From NCBI RefSeq assembly GCF_009914755.1, contig NC_060930.1: DNA of 64,000 nt; one strand, written 5' to 3'. Positions 1 through 13,635 of the stretch are shown one piece after another. The stretch's first letter is position 1; every line of letters begins with the position of its first letter. The notes under the pieces were generated by a model. The model was not told the DNA's origin, made no database searches, and was given only the letters and a program-made list of their open reading frames with translations. The translations under genes were made by a program, and so were the position numbers. This stretch comes from the human T2T-CHM13v2.0 reference genome, Homo sapiens.

Positions 1-640
1 ATTGATACGTAATATGTATACACATTTATGGGATACATGTGGATGGTATTTCGATAAATGCATATGAATTGTAATAAGCAAATCATGTTATTCAGGATAT
101 CCATCACCTTGAACATTTATCATTTCTTTGTATAAGAAACATTTCAAATCTTCTCTTCTAGTTATCTCAAAATATACAATATGTTGTTGCTAACTACAGT
201 CACCTTACTGTACGACAAACACTAGAACTTTTTCCTTTTATCTAACTGTATATTTGTAGCCATTAACCACACTTTCTTCATCACTTTCCCTGTTCCAACA
301 CCCTTCCCAATATCTAGTAATTATCATTCTACTCTCTACCTCCATGCAGAGAAAAGGAAATTCTTACACACTGTTGGTGGGAATATAAATTATAATGTAA
401 ACAATATGGAAGTTTCTCAAAAAACTAAAAATATAACTATCACATGAACCAGCAGTCTCACTACTAGGGATATTTCCAAAGAAAATGAAATCAGTATATT
501 GAAGAGAAAGAGATATCTGCACTCTTATGTTTATTGCAGCACGATTCACAATAGCCAAGATACGTAATCAACCTAAGTATCCATCAGTGGATGAATAGAT
601 AAAAAAAAATGTGGCATATATACACAATGGAATCCCATTT
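1..640 (-). mobile_element. Old L1 (L1MA-like) 3' region with inverted 5' segment
   Basis: 1-345 reads as antisense L1M 3' UTR (catcaccttgaacatttatcatttc...ctctacctccatg). 346-640 reads as sense L1 ORF2-end/3' UTR (cacactgttggtgggaat...gtggcatatatacacaatggaat). Confidence 0.75.
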
Positions 641-805
641 TGTTTGTTTTATTCACTATCTAGTGCCTACAAGCTTGAGAGAGTTGAAGATTGCTTACGA
701 GAATTGGTAGCTTAATAAATATTTTCTTCATGAATCATAAAATCAATAAATTTTCATGTTTTTACAAGTAGTGTAGAAGAGCGATGTGACTACTAAACTA
801 TATTT

Positions 806-1145
806 TTAAACAGATTTATTGAGATATAATTGACGTATACAATTATATACATTTGAGGTATACAACTTGACATTTTGATATGCATATACTTTGTGAAATG
901 ATCACTACAATCAAGCTAGTTAACACATTCATTACCTCTACATTGTTATTATTGTGTGTGTACACCTGTGTGTGTGTGTGTGTGTGTGTGTTTGTGTATA
1001 CCTGTGTGTGTCGGGGGGGTGGGGCGAGGGGTGATCAGATTAAATTGAAGCAATATCCACTCAGCAAATTACAAATATCCATACGGTATTGTTAACTATC
1101 ATCATTATGTTGCACACTAGATGTCCAAAAATTATACATCTATAG
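806..1145 (-). mobile_element. L1MA/MB 3' end fragment
   Basis: tttattgagatataattgac...gaaatgatcactacaatcaagctagttaacac is typical of antisense L1M 3' ends. Confidence 0.65.
953..1011. repeat. Interrupted (TG)n microsatellite
   Basis: Directly visible; pure run at about 967-990. Confidence 0.95.
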
Positions 1146-2662
1146 CTAGGCTACTGAAAAATGACCATGTTTAGTGACTTTCCTTCAACCTGGTGTTGAT
1201 CTCAAATTGTGAATTGAAATTTTACCTAGAAGCTTTGATGCTGGGACTTAGAAAGTTCAGCTTGAATGATACAATTATTAAGCTCTTAAAGTCTTAAGAT
1301 AACTTTATTTAAATAATATTAATCTTAGATCATATTTTTGGCATTTTTAACATTGTATTGCATCTCTTTGTTTACAAGTGTATCAGATAGTGGAGTCTTA
1401 GAATAAAAGAATCATATTTGTTTTATTTTTTAATAAATTTGCTGTAGCACATGCTTAGTGCTTAATAAAATATGTACTAAATGAATAAATGGATGAATGA
1501 ATGAAATGTACAAAAGCATACATAGATGAACAGAATTTTTTCTGTTTTATTCTCTAACTTGCAAACTATAAAACTTATTTAATCAAGAACCCTCTCAGAC
1601 ATCTATGCAGTGTAAAGACAGCTAGACTTGGAGTCTAGTTTTCTCTGTCTTATTACCCTAACTCTGTCCTTAGCTTTCAATTTTATATTTTTCCTATGTC
1701 ACTTAGCAACTCTAGGCCATTATTTCTACATGGGAATACCCCCATCATATTAATTCCCTCAAAAAATGTTGGAATAAAAAAAAGGGTGTCAAATTGTTTT
1801 TTAAAAAGCTTAGACATATGCTATGAAGTATAATAAACATTATACCATTTTAAATAATTTTTAAATTTTTTAGATTATTTGAACCTTACTTAAGAAAAGC
1901 AAATAGTCTATATAATAGTGACATACTACTGTCTTCCTTCCTGGCTAATGAGGTAATGGATGTGTTGGTTTATAATAAGGACGCAGTAAATGGTAGTTAT
2001 TGTTATATTAACTATTTTACAGCCTACCCTTCCAAACTTGAATTAAATTTCTCTCTTTGCTCAATCATCATTCCCAAGGAAGGATTTTGTTTTTAAAATA
2101 TGTTAAGTATTCACACATTTCTTTTCATCTCAAAGTAACAAACCGACTTCCTTTCAGAATATTGTAAAACTCTGAGTACACTTTTTTGATTAAAACTCCA
2201 TTAACTTCCTACATCATACTAAATACCCCTTCTTATTCCTTAGGGTCCTCACATGAAATCTAGGGTTCCCTTCTTATAACTCCATTCTTAGAACTCTCTC
2301 TCCTCCAAAGTTACCTTTGGCCCTTTCAGTGGGGAATGCAAAGGAAGCGTGATACTTTTCTTTGCAGAACTAGTGACCAACTGAAGGAAAAAGGTCATTT
2401 AGCAGTAGATAAGCAATACAAAAGGCATCAATTATTTTAATTTTCAGCTTCTTGTTCTGATATTTTAATAGGAAAAAGTTCCAACCAAGCACCTTAATCA
2501 CAGAGAAGAAGACCAGATGTCACATCACAAACATGTAATATCCTTAGCACTCATAACCATCATATAATTCTACAAAGAGCTCAAGGGTTTATAGTATTCA
2601 ATTGTTTTACATTCTGAGAAACCGAAGAACCGAAAAATGTATAGTAAGTAGTAAATTGCCTA

Positions 2663-3000
<338 letters not shown>

Positions 3001-3109
3001 ATGCTCTGTAATCTAATTGTCGTTCTAAATGTTGATCTGAAGAATATGCAATGAAATTGTGAGAACCTGGATGATGCCAACAATCTATTGCACAGGCCTC
3101 TAGAATCAT

Positions 3110-3660
3110 GTTTAACTTAATTCAGTAGACATTTCTTGAGGGCTTATTGTATACCAAATATTGTGGTAGGCTTTGTAGAAGGCATGAATCTAAAGCAATA
3201 TATATAATTGGTCTGTTAACTTCTTGAGAAAATTAAGAATCTAGTTGGGAAAACATAAATATAAGTGAATGATTATATAAAAACAAATATGTGATATAAT
3301 AGTGGTTATAAAAGTATTATAAAACATAAATAAGGCAGTGAAACTTTTTGCCTTAGGCCAAGAACATTAGCATATAAAACAATATGGATGTGAGAACTAA
3401 AACATAAATAGGGTTTTGCAAGTAAAACAGATAGAGGGAATGATATAAATCTTGGAAGAACATGGCATGTTTTGGAAACGGCAATCAGTCAAGCAAAGCT
3501 GGAATGTAAAAGAGATGAAGAGAAAAGGAGGAAGTGGCAGAGATAATGTTGTCATGGAGGTGGCTGTGTTGTAAAGACCCTCACATTCAGTACCGAGGAT
3601 GCTAGATGCTAAATATTATCCCATGAGCAATGGGGAATATATAGGACTGTAAGCAGTTTT
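3110..3660 (-). mobile_element. Degenerate L2 fragment
   Basis: ttcagtagacatttcttgagggcttattgtatacca and downstream purine-rich L2-like phrases. Confidence 0.5.
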
Positions 3661-4689
3661 ATGTACTTATGAAGTTTTTGACTCCTTACTCTGATTTACG
3701 CAAGTGAAAATATGGAAATACACAAATGAGTTGTGATATATCTTTTAGTCTTAAATAGGAAGAGAGTAAACTTAAACAGGAACATAACTAATCTATCATC
3801 CTTATAGATAGTCAAGTGTAAATAAGATGCTAAGCAATTCAAAACTACCATATAGGTGGAGGAATTCTTGTCTCCTCTTTGGAATTGTTCTCATGGCAGA
3901 ATAAACCTGTTTTTGAGAACTAAGAGCTACCAGTTAAATACAATTTCTTTCATGAAGCCCAATTTCCAAAAGATTCTATGCAGAATTTGGAGAGAGAGTG
4001 CAACTGACTGCCAGGATACATACATTGTAATAAATATTTATAAAACAAAGCAGCAGGATTTTTTGGTCTTTCTGGTATGATTTTCCACAGTAGAACATGA
4101 TATGTTAGGACTAAGTGATATTTGAAATTTTATAAATATACAGACACTTTGAAAAATGACTATTTCCATTATTCGTTACAGCATAGTACAAGAGGAGTGG
4201 GTTCACATGCTTAGCTATGAAAATACATGTGTACATCTCACACTTTAATTTTTGGTTTTGCAGCAGCCTAAAGAGTGTTCATGAGAACTCCAACAAATCC
4301 TAAATGAAAAGTGTATATGTTAATAAACTATGCATAAACTTGTGAAAACCAAGTATCAAATAATAAATTGCAAGAACATCTAAACAATATCATAAACCAA
4401 TGCGGTTTTAAACTCTTTAATAAAAAGTGACACAGTATATTAAACAATCCAAGACCGATGGCATCTCTCTTTCTCTGGGACATTTCCAGCAGCTCAGCAA
4501 CCACTCAACACATGGGGAGTAGAGGATTTTACTCATATAGGTGATGGGACTATGCCAGCACTTGACTTCAGCCTGTTCAACTTCGAGGAATTCAGATTTT
4601 TTGCCTTATTCTGAATGTAGACATTTGTATTGAAATAAGCTGCATTGTCTACCATCTGGGAAATTATTTCTCTTGTTCAGTTCTTCACA

Positions 4690-5075
4690 TAAGCTTCTCT
4701 TTGTAACTGGAAATCTTCCCACATATTCTCTGCTCCCTGTCCTATATACATCATCCATCATTCTTCAGTTTTCAGATAAAATGATACTTCCTCAGAAAAG
4801 CCTTCATTGATCTCCCATCTTGAACCAGGTTTCCACTATTATCTCTCATTGAATTGTGGTCTTTTCTTTGCAATTAGTACAGTTGGCTGTGTGTGCTGTA
4901 TTTATGTAGTGTTTGTATTTATATGTAATTTTTAAGAATGGCCGTTTCCCTTACTGGCCTGTTAGCTCCAGGACAGGGGCTGTGTCTCTTTTGCACCTCA
5001 TTTGTTATCTAGAATGAATAATACCATGTCTAGCACAATATATAATTGATAAACATCATTTGAGTGAATTGAATT
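4690..5075 (+). mobile_element. L2 3' end
   Basis: tcagaaaagccttc...gttagctccaggacagggg...tctagcaca...tttgagtgaattgaa. Confidence 0.6.
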
Positions 5076-5938
5076 AAGGGCAGACTTGAAGGGAGAAACA
5101 CTCAGCAGGCAGGTCAGCGGTGTGAGGAAGGGAGAGAGGAACAGCTTTACTCTAATAAATTTCATTTTAAATTATAAATATTTAGAATCCTGACAGTAGC
5201 TTTCATACTGCTGTCTACTCTCTCATTATTTCAATCAGTGAGGGCTTATCATCAGGTTCTCTGCGCCTAGAACAAAAGGGAGGATCAAGCTCAAGCCATG
5301 AAGCTTGGGAGGGCCAAATTCCTGGCAGACCAACATATGGTAGTGTGAACCTGAAGATTTCAACAGCTTTTTAGAAATCTCTTTCCTGACAGTTCTGAAT
5401 CACAAAGACAATAGGCTGAGGGTGTGGGTGTCCTAAAGTGGAAATGATTTATCTGTTGCCTTGTCTGCCTATGAAACTACAGGATGGCTTTCTTCTAGTG
5501 CCTTCAGTAAAAGAGGTAAAATCGGAAAGAATCATGAATGGGTAAGCCACGTTCTTGTGCAAACCAAACCAAACAAAATAAAACACACACCAAGCAAATG
5601 AACCTTCAACTTCCCAGCTAAATACACAGATACAAACGAAGTATTCCTGGGTTAATGCAGGAGCCAGTGGGCTACAAGGGATCTTTGATCCTCAACTTGC
5701 TGTGTGACTTTAGGAAAGAAACAGTTTCTTTGCCTTATTTTCTGAATATATGTAAAACGTAGCTAATTGTTATTATTTGGAATTTTAATTTGAGTTTGCT
5801 TATTTTTAATAGCAAAGAATAATTGAAACAGGACCACCACTGTTTTAAACTGTCTCTTTCTCTCTACCTTTGTGTATTTGTAATGGTGGTGGGAGGGTGG
5901 GAGGTATTTAGGAAGATGAAGGTACTAAAATACCTTAA

Positions 5939-6328
<390 letters not shown>

Positions 6329-6784
6329 TGATATATTTTTATACTTTGCAAACATAACTTGTTCCGTTGGTTTATATGTGTAGCTACTTAAGCACCCAAC
6401 TGCCATACTGGTATGAGGTCCAGTGACTCTCTTTTTGTGCTTCTTTAATGTTTTCCTTCCAAAAAGAGACCATGGGTTTTATTTAGTCTAATAGGATGGC
6501 CAGTCCAACTTCTCTTCCCAAGTGAGGAGCAGACACAAACATTTCTTGCTGCCATAGGGGATCTGGTGAAAGAAAAGGTCTTTCTTCCCATAAAGGTTCT
6601 TTGCAACTTCTCGGATCTATGGTGGATGGCCCTGTGCCCTCCCCTAGGGCTTTCTTTTCAGCTACCTGGTGGCACTCAGCATTATTTCACAGAACACTGG
6701 AATTGAGCAGGGTTACGGGACCAGAGAAATCAGCACTAGCATTTCCAAAGCAGCTGCCCAAGGCTTTGGAACTTACCTTAAGCT

Positions 6785-7267
6785 AGGGACCCTTAACATT
6801 TTTGTGCTATGGACACTTTTGGCACAAGCCTCTGAATCCCATATCAAAATAGATTTTAAATGCACAAAATAAAATACATTGGATTACCAAGGAAACCAGT
6901 TCTATTGAAATACACCGATCAAAATACTGTAATATAAAAGAAGCACCTATACCCAACTGTCTGATATAGGTGCTTCTCTATAATGGATGAAATAAATCTT
7001 GTGGCATGTCTAATAATGAGCATAATTTCCAAGTTGAAGTAATGAGTGTAAATAATATTTTGAGATATCTGAAAAAAGTAAAAGAGAGAAAATTATTTGT
7101 GATTTATATTAGTGGCAGTTATCAATACTATTAATGATGCTGTTGTTTATTTTCTACATTCACAATAGAAAAAATGTTACATTTCAGTTAAATGCACTGT
7201 TGTTTCCCTATTTAAATATATGGACCATCTGAATTATATTTATAGAACTCCAGGTTAAAAATGCCTG
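6785..7267 (+). mobile_element. hAT-Charlie DNA transposon fossil (Charlie4a-like)
   Basis: Degenerate terminal inverted repeats (tagggacccttaacatttt...caggttaaaaatgcctg) and internal aatgcacaaaataaaatacattggattacca. Confidence 0.6.
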
Positions 7268-7574
7268 TTTTAACTATGGCCAACAGCTTTATTTCTCTTT
7301 TTATTCAGTCTCAGGAGGCTTCCTATCATTTCTTGCCCCTGGTAATTCTCACGGACATATTAGTTTATGTCTATGAATTGTGTTAACTCTGAATTCCAGG
7401 GAGATGTTGAAGAATATCAGTTAAAATCTTCACAGGAGGCCCCTGTATTCTTTAGACAAGTTGATTTTTCACTTTTCATGTGATTAACTTTGCAGAAGAA
7501 GAGCTAGAGCGCCTCTGAAGTAATCTTTAGCAAAGACAACAAAACTAACTCGTCCAAGTTAAAAGAGAACTCTA

Positions 7575-7710
7575 TAGAGAGATGATAAGCTTGAGGCTCA
7601 GAGAGTTTCAGCAACTCGTTCAAAGTTGCACATCGGGTAGATGGCAGAGCCATAATGAATACAGGTTTGCCCAATTTCCTAAATTTAACTTCTTTCAGCT
7701 ATACCATATT
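7575..7710 (-). mobile_element. MIR
   Basis: gaggctcagagagtttcagcaactcgttcaaagttgcaca resembles the MIR core. Confidence 0.6.
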
Positions 7711-7898
7711 GTTTTTCTTTTTATAACCATTTATTATTTATTTATTTATATGGCTACATAATTGCTTGTAGCAAGATATCTCATATACCCCATACTGTTT
7801 TTCTATGTGAGATAACTTATGCTCACACTGATCTCAAGGTACTGACAATATCAAAGAAACTTCTGAAACATAAAAAGGGAATTAAAACTTTTAGAACT

Positions 7899-8199
7899 GG
7901 CCGGGCGTGGTGGCTCACTCCTGTAATCCCAGCACTTTGGGAGGCCGAGGCGCGTGGATCACGAGGTCAGGAGATTGAGACCATCTTGGCTAACACGGTG
8001 AAACCCTGTCTCTACTAAAAATACAAAAAATTAGCCGGGCGCGGTGGCGGGCGCCTGTAATCCCAGCTACTCGGGAGGCTGAGGCAGGAATGACGTGAAC
8101 CCGGGAGGCAGAGCTTGCAGTGAGCTGAGATAGCGCCACTGCAGTCCGGCCTGGGAGAAAGAGTGAGACTCCGTCTCTAAAAAAAAAAAAAAAGAAAAA
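7899..8199 (+). mobile_element. AluY-lineage element
   Basis: GGCCGGGCG start, CpG-rich, AluY diagnostics (ggatcacgaggtcaggagat, gctaacacggtg, gtgaacccgggaggcagagcttgcag), A-tail. Confidence 0.95.
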
Positions 8200-8937
8200 T
8201 TAAAACTATTTTCTGTTTACAGTTTTTTATTTTACTTTAACTTGGAAAGTACTATCAAATGATGATATCAACTTTTCTACTTGGATCACTCTTTTTCTCA
8301 ACTAGGAGAGATCTACATCATAGAGAACCTTTGTGTGTCTCCATTTAGATAGTCAATAGATAGTCCCAAACTTAGTCTTAATTACAGAACCCTAAAATTG
8401 ATATGAATTTCAAACTTTGTAGACCGAGAAAAAATATATGTATGTACTTTTAAAATTGAGAATATTGAAACTACATCTTTTTTTCTGTTGGGGACTGTTA
8501 TATGTGTATAAGTATATTATATATAACATGTTACATATTTAAATGTAATTATATATGATTATATATAATTGTATGCACATATATATGTAGTTTATCTGCT
8601 GGAAAGAGATTCACTCTTTACCTCCACATGCATATTAAATGAACAAATGCCATCAACCAAAGATCAGGCACAAAGTGTTTTCAAATGTGATCATCACAAC
8701 GTGTAAGTGTTGAGCTAGAGTTTACATTCTGTAAAGGCATCCCCTTTTTTGTGGGTTACTCTTCACTATTTACACTTCCAGAATTTTCAGAATGAGACAG
8801 CTTACCTGTAGCAAGGATGAACAGAGCCTTGAAAGTGTCAGGATTGTGCTGAAGGTAGTGTTTCATTAAGTACATGGCTAATATTTCCTTCTCTCTTTTC
8901 TTTCGTCTTGGTCTGGTATTGTTGAACTGAAGAAATG

Positions 8938-9416
<479 letters not shown>

Positions 9417-9504
9417 TTATTAATTACTTCATCTATTAGATTTGAGCATCTTGAGTTATTCACTTATTTCTGACTTGACTCATTGTGGAAAATAATGTTT
9501 TAAT

Positions 9505-10915
9505 TTTAATTTTTCAAAACAACTTTATTGAGATATAATTCACACACCATACAATTCACCCATTTGAAGCATACAATTCAATGGTTTTTAGTACATCCAC
9601 AGATATGTTTAAGCATCACCACAGTACATTTACAAAATTCTCATGTATTTATTAGGCATCCGTGTTTCTTTTATGAATTATGTGTTTGTAGATTTTGCCC
9701 GTTTGTCATCTTATTTTTTTTTCCCAACATTTATTTTAGGTTCAAGGGGTACATGTTCAGGGTTTTTACTAAGGATAAATTGCATGTCATGGGGGTTTGG
9801 TGTACAGATAATTTTGTCACCCAGGTAATCAGCATAGTACTTGATAGGTAGTTTTTCAGTCCTCACCCTCCTCCCACCCTCCACCCTCAAACAGATCTTG
9901 GTGTCTATTGTTCCCTTCTTTGTATCCAGGTGTACTCAATATTTAGCTCCCACTTACAAGTGAGAACATGTGGTATTTGGTTTTTGGTTCCTGTATTAAT
10001 TCATTTAGGATAATGGCCTCCAGCTGCATCCACGTTGCTGCAAAGGACATGATTTTATTCCTTTTTACAGCTATGTGGTATTTCATGATGTATATGTACC
10101 ACATTTTCTTTATGCAGTCCACCATTTATGGGCATCTAGGTTGATTCCATGTCTTTGCTATTACCACAGTCAATTTTAGACATTTTCATCACCTCAAAAA
10201 ACTCCCATATTCTTTAGCAATTCCTACACCCTTTTCCTAGCCCTAAGCAACCACAAATCTACCCTTTCTCTATCGAGTCCCCTATTCTGGACTATCGTAT
10301 GAGTGAAATCAAATAGTATGAGGTCTTTTGTGGTAGGTTTCTTTTACTTAGCATAATGTTTTCAAGATCTATCCATTTGTAGCACCTATCAGTACTTCTT
10401 TACTTTTCATGGCCAAATAATATTTCGTTATATGGCTATAACACATTTGTCTATTCATCCTTTTCTTGGCAGACATTAGGATTATTTTCAACTTTTGGCT
10501 ATTATAAATAATGCTGATAGAAACATTCATGTATAAGTTTTTGTTGTAGACATATGTTTTCATTTTTCTCGAACATATAGTAAGTAGAATTGCTGGATCC
10601 TATGGTAACTTGAAAATTAATCATTTGAAGAACTGCCGACAATTTTCAAAAGTGACTTTTCTCTTTATCTTCTCACCCAAAGTGTATGATGGTTCTGATT
10701 TCTTCACCTCTTCACCAATATTTTTTTTAATTTTAATTCTAGCTATCCTGGTGGGTGTAAAGTGATGTGTTCTTGTGGTTTTGATCTTAATTTCCCTGAC
10801 AACTAATGAAGACAAGCATCTTTTGTGTGCTTTTGTCCATTTGTATAGTATATCTTTCTTGACGAACTGTCTATTCAGATTCTTTGCTCTTTTTTAAAAA
10901 AGGATTATTGAATTG
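9505..10915 (-). mobile_element. L1MB-like 3' region, interrupted at 9626-10162 by a younger insertion
   Basis: actttattgagatataattcacacaccatacaattcacccatttgaag...accacagt resumes at 10163 as accacagtcaattttagacattttcatcacc. Confidence 0.8.
9711..10162 (-). mobile_element. L1PA/PB 3' end (about 450 bp)
   Basis: Poly-T followed by ttttaggttcaaggggtacatg...tttagctcccacttacaagtgagaacatg...gttgattccatgtctttgctatt. Confidence 0.9.
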
Positions 10916-11274
10916 CACCAAACCATGTTCTCCTTAAGATTGTCACTAACTCATATACCATAAAGTAAATCTCTTAAACTGTCTTTTTCACTATTTTTCT
11001 CATCGTTAATGTGGCAGTGAGGATTCTTGCTTTGTCCACCTGAAACAGTTGTTGTAAGATTAGGTGAGAGAGTGTATATAAAGGCACTTTATACATTTTA
11101 AAGAGATAAAAAAAACTAAGTTATTAAAGAGAAATACGGTGATAATAGATGGGGCAGTGTTTTGGATTAAAATTAAAGCCTTTGTATAAGTACGATGAAT
11201 TGTGAAAATGAAGAAATACTATTTAGGCAATAAAGTCATCAAAATTGGTTATAGCTCATCAACTTTAGGAATCA

Positions 11275-11600
11275 AGCCAGGCACGGTGGCTCACTCCATA
11301 ATCCTAACACTTTGAGAGGTTGAGGTGAGAGGATTGCTTGAGCCCAGGAATTCAAGACCAGACTGGGCAACATAGTGAGACCCTATCTCTAAAAAAATAC
11401 AAAGAAAAACAAAAAAGTGGTGGCACACACTTGTGTTACTTAGGAGGCTGAGGTGAGGACCAATTGGGCCTGGGAGGTGGAGGCTGCAGTCGGCTGTGAT
11501 TATGCCACTGCACTCCAACCTGGGCAACAGAATGAGACTCTGTCTCAAAAACCAATCAAATAAACAACACGAACAACTGCAAAACCCACAAAAAACCAAA
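11275..11600 (+). mobile_element. AluJ
   Basis: ggattgcttgagcccaggaattcaagacc (J diagnostics); decayed A-rich tail; degenerate TSD actttaggaatca / acattagcaatca. Confidence 0.9.
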
Positions 11601-11619
11601 ACATTAGCAATCAGACAAC

Positions 11620-12140
11620 ATTTTTAAATGTTTTATTTTGAATAATTTTAGATTTACAAATGAATTGCAAAGATAACAGAGAGTCTCTTATTGCCCTATG
11701 TTCACTTTCCTGTAATGCTAACATCTAACATAATCATAGTATAATGATAAAAATCAGGAGATTAACATTGTTATAATACTATTAACTAAACACCAGACTT
11801 TTCACTAGAATCCTTTTTCTGTTCCAGAGTGCAATCCTGGGTCCTACACTGCATTTAGTCACCACAATTTCTTAGTCTCCTATATTTTATGACAGTTCCT
11901 CAGTCTTTCCTTGTCTTTCAGAATCTTGACTCTTTTGAAGAGTACTAGTCAGATATATTGTAGAATATTCTTTAGTTGGGGTTTGCTGATATTTTCTCAT
12001 AATTGGACTGGGGTTATACATTTTTGGGTTGATGATTACAGAGGTGGAATGCCCTTCTCATCACATCCTATCGGGGGTACTTAATATAAATATGCATTAC
12101 TATTGGTGACATCAATCTTCGTTACTTGGTCAAGGTAGAC
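11620..12140 (-). mobile_element. L1MC-like 3' end
   Basis: ttttattttgaataattttagatttaca...ttttgaagagtactagtcag...cttggtcaaggtag. Confidence 0.75.
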
Positions 12141-12289
12141 AAGAGTTTTAATTTTGAAATATTCTCTCTACACAGCCTTGCCAAGAGAGGATTTTGTCCC
12201 AAATATATATTCCTAATTTTACTAATAATAAATGACTGTGGTAACCACTACGCAAAATAAAATAAAGAACAAAAGAGAAGAAGGAGCTA

Positions 12290-12705
12290 GAGAAGGGGTA
12301 GGTGGTGGAGGAGGAGAGCGGGGGACAGAAACCTGTGTGTGGGTTCCAGAGAGACCCCGCCTGATTAGTGTCCTGGCAGTTGGGCCCATGGGAGTACACA
12401 GCTTAAGTGAAGGGGAAGTCACATAAGTCAGACATGGTCTTGAGCAAGCTGCTTTTCAAAGATAAGGTTGGAATTGAAGAGCTTCCCAGAAAATATGACA
12501 GATCTTTATTTCTTTTTTTTTTTTCAGAACTTGGTCTCATTCCCCACTATAGTTTATCAGCATGCCTCAGCTTGCTGAGCCTTAGGCACAGATGTGTCTT
12601 CAGAGTAAGCATTTGGTGGCATTTTTAACCTACTGGCATCTGATACCTGCCAGACTCTTTACCCATGCTAACTATAATCCTTAAAACAGTGCAGCAAGAT
12701 AGGGC
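12290..12705. promoter_or_regulatory. Candidate RHAG distal erythroid enhancer
   Basis: Non-repeat segment with two CTG-N8-WGATAA composites, further GATA sites, E-boxes, an NF-E2/MARE-like half site and GC/CACCC boxes (see findings). Confidence 0.6.
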
Positions 12706-13389
12706 TTTTTATTTTTTTCTCTTATTGTCATTATACAAATGGGAAAACTAAGACATGAAATGGCTGTTGAAGTCTAATGCCATTTAGAAAATTCCAGTAT
12801 CCACATTAAAATGAAAGTCAGTCAGTCTGACTCTAAAACTGTCATTCTTTTTCTTCAGCTAAATTGGTTTTAGTGCTTTTCTACTGTCTTTCAGGTATTA
12901 CTTACATCCTAGAAAAACTGCTTCTCCTAATAGAAATATAAATAATTACATATATTCATAGTTTTTAGATGATAAAATCTAAAGTTTTTTTAACTTATTC
13001 ATACTGTACAGAACTACGTAAAGTAAGTGTGAATGTCCATCCATTCACTCTTATGCTCCTGGCGATAGTTTGATATTCATCTTTCTGGTCTCCCTCTAAA
13101 CATTTATACATAAATATGTTCTCATATACGTATTTCTGATTTTATAATATCAATGTTATAATACTTCAAAAGCTTCACCACGTGTCTTGGAATATCAGTT
13201 TTACCTTTTTAGTTTTAAAGGTGGTAAACATATTTCATGGTATAGATGGGTCACTTGTATGGATATTTTGATAGATCAATAAAGGTTTTTATTAGAGGAT
13301 TACAACCATGCATGCTGAATCTTCAGGGATTATAACAAGCAGGGAAGGGAGATGTTTAGGAGTATTTTGGAGCCTTCAGTATAGATCAA

Positions 13390-13635
13390 TGCTTAGAGCC
13401 TCAGACCTTGAATCCAGACTGCCTAGTTTCCTATCCTAACTACAGTGTTGACTTGATGTGTGAATCTGGGCAAGTAACAAATTCTGTAATTGGTTTTATT
13501 CTCTAAAACATACAAATAATAATGACTTTGCAAAGTCATAATGAAGTCACAGTAAGGATCATAATGTTACTGAGTAAAAAATTACAAACAAAGCCTGAGA
13601 CACAGTAGGGACACAGTAAGTGCAATATTACTTTT
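13390..13635 (+). mobile_element. MIR
   Basis: ttgaatccagactgcctagtt...tgtgtgaatctgggcaagtaac. Confidence 0.6.

Noticed and set aside
7634-7647. CTCF-like CGGGTAGATGGCAG in a MIR
   Set aside because: Mismatch at a highly conserved core C; too weak to call by eye.
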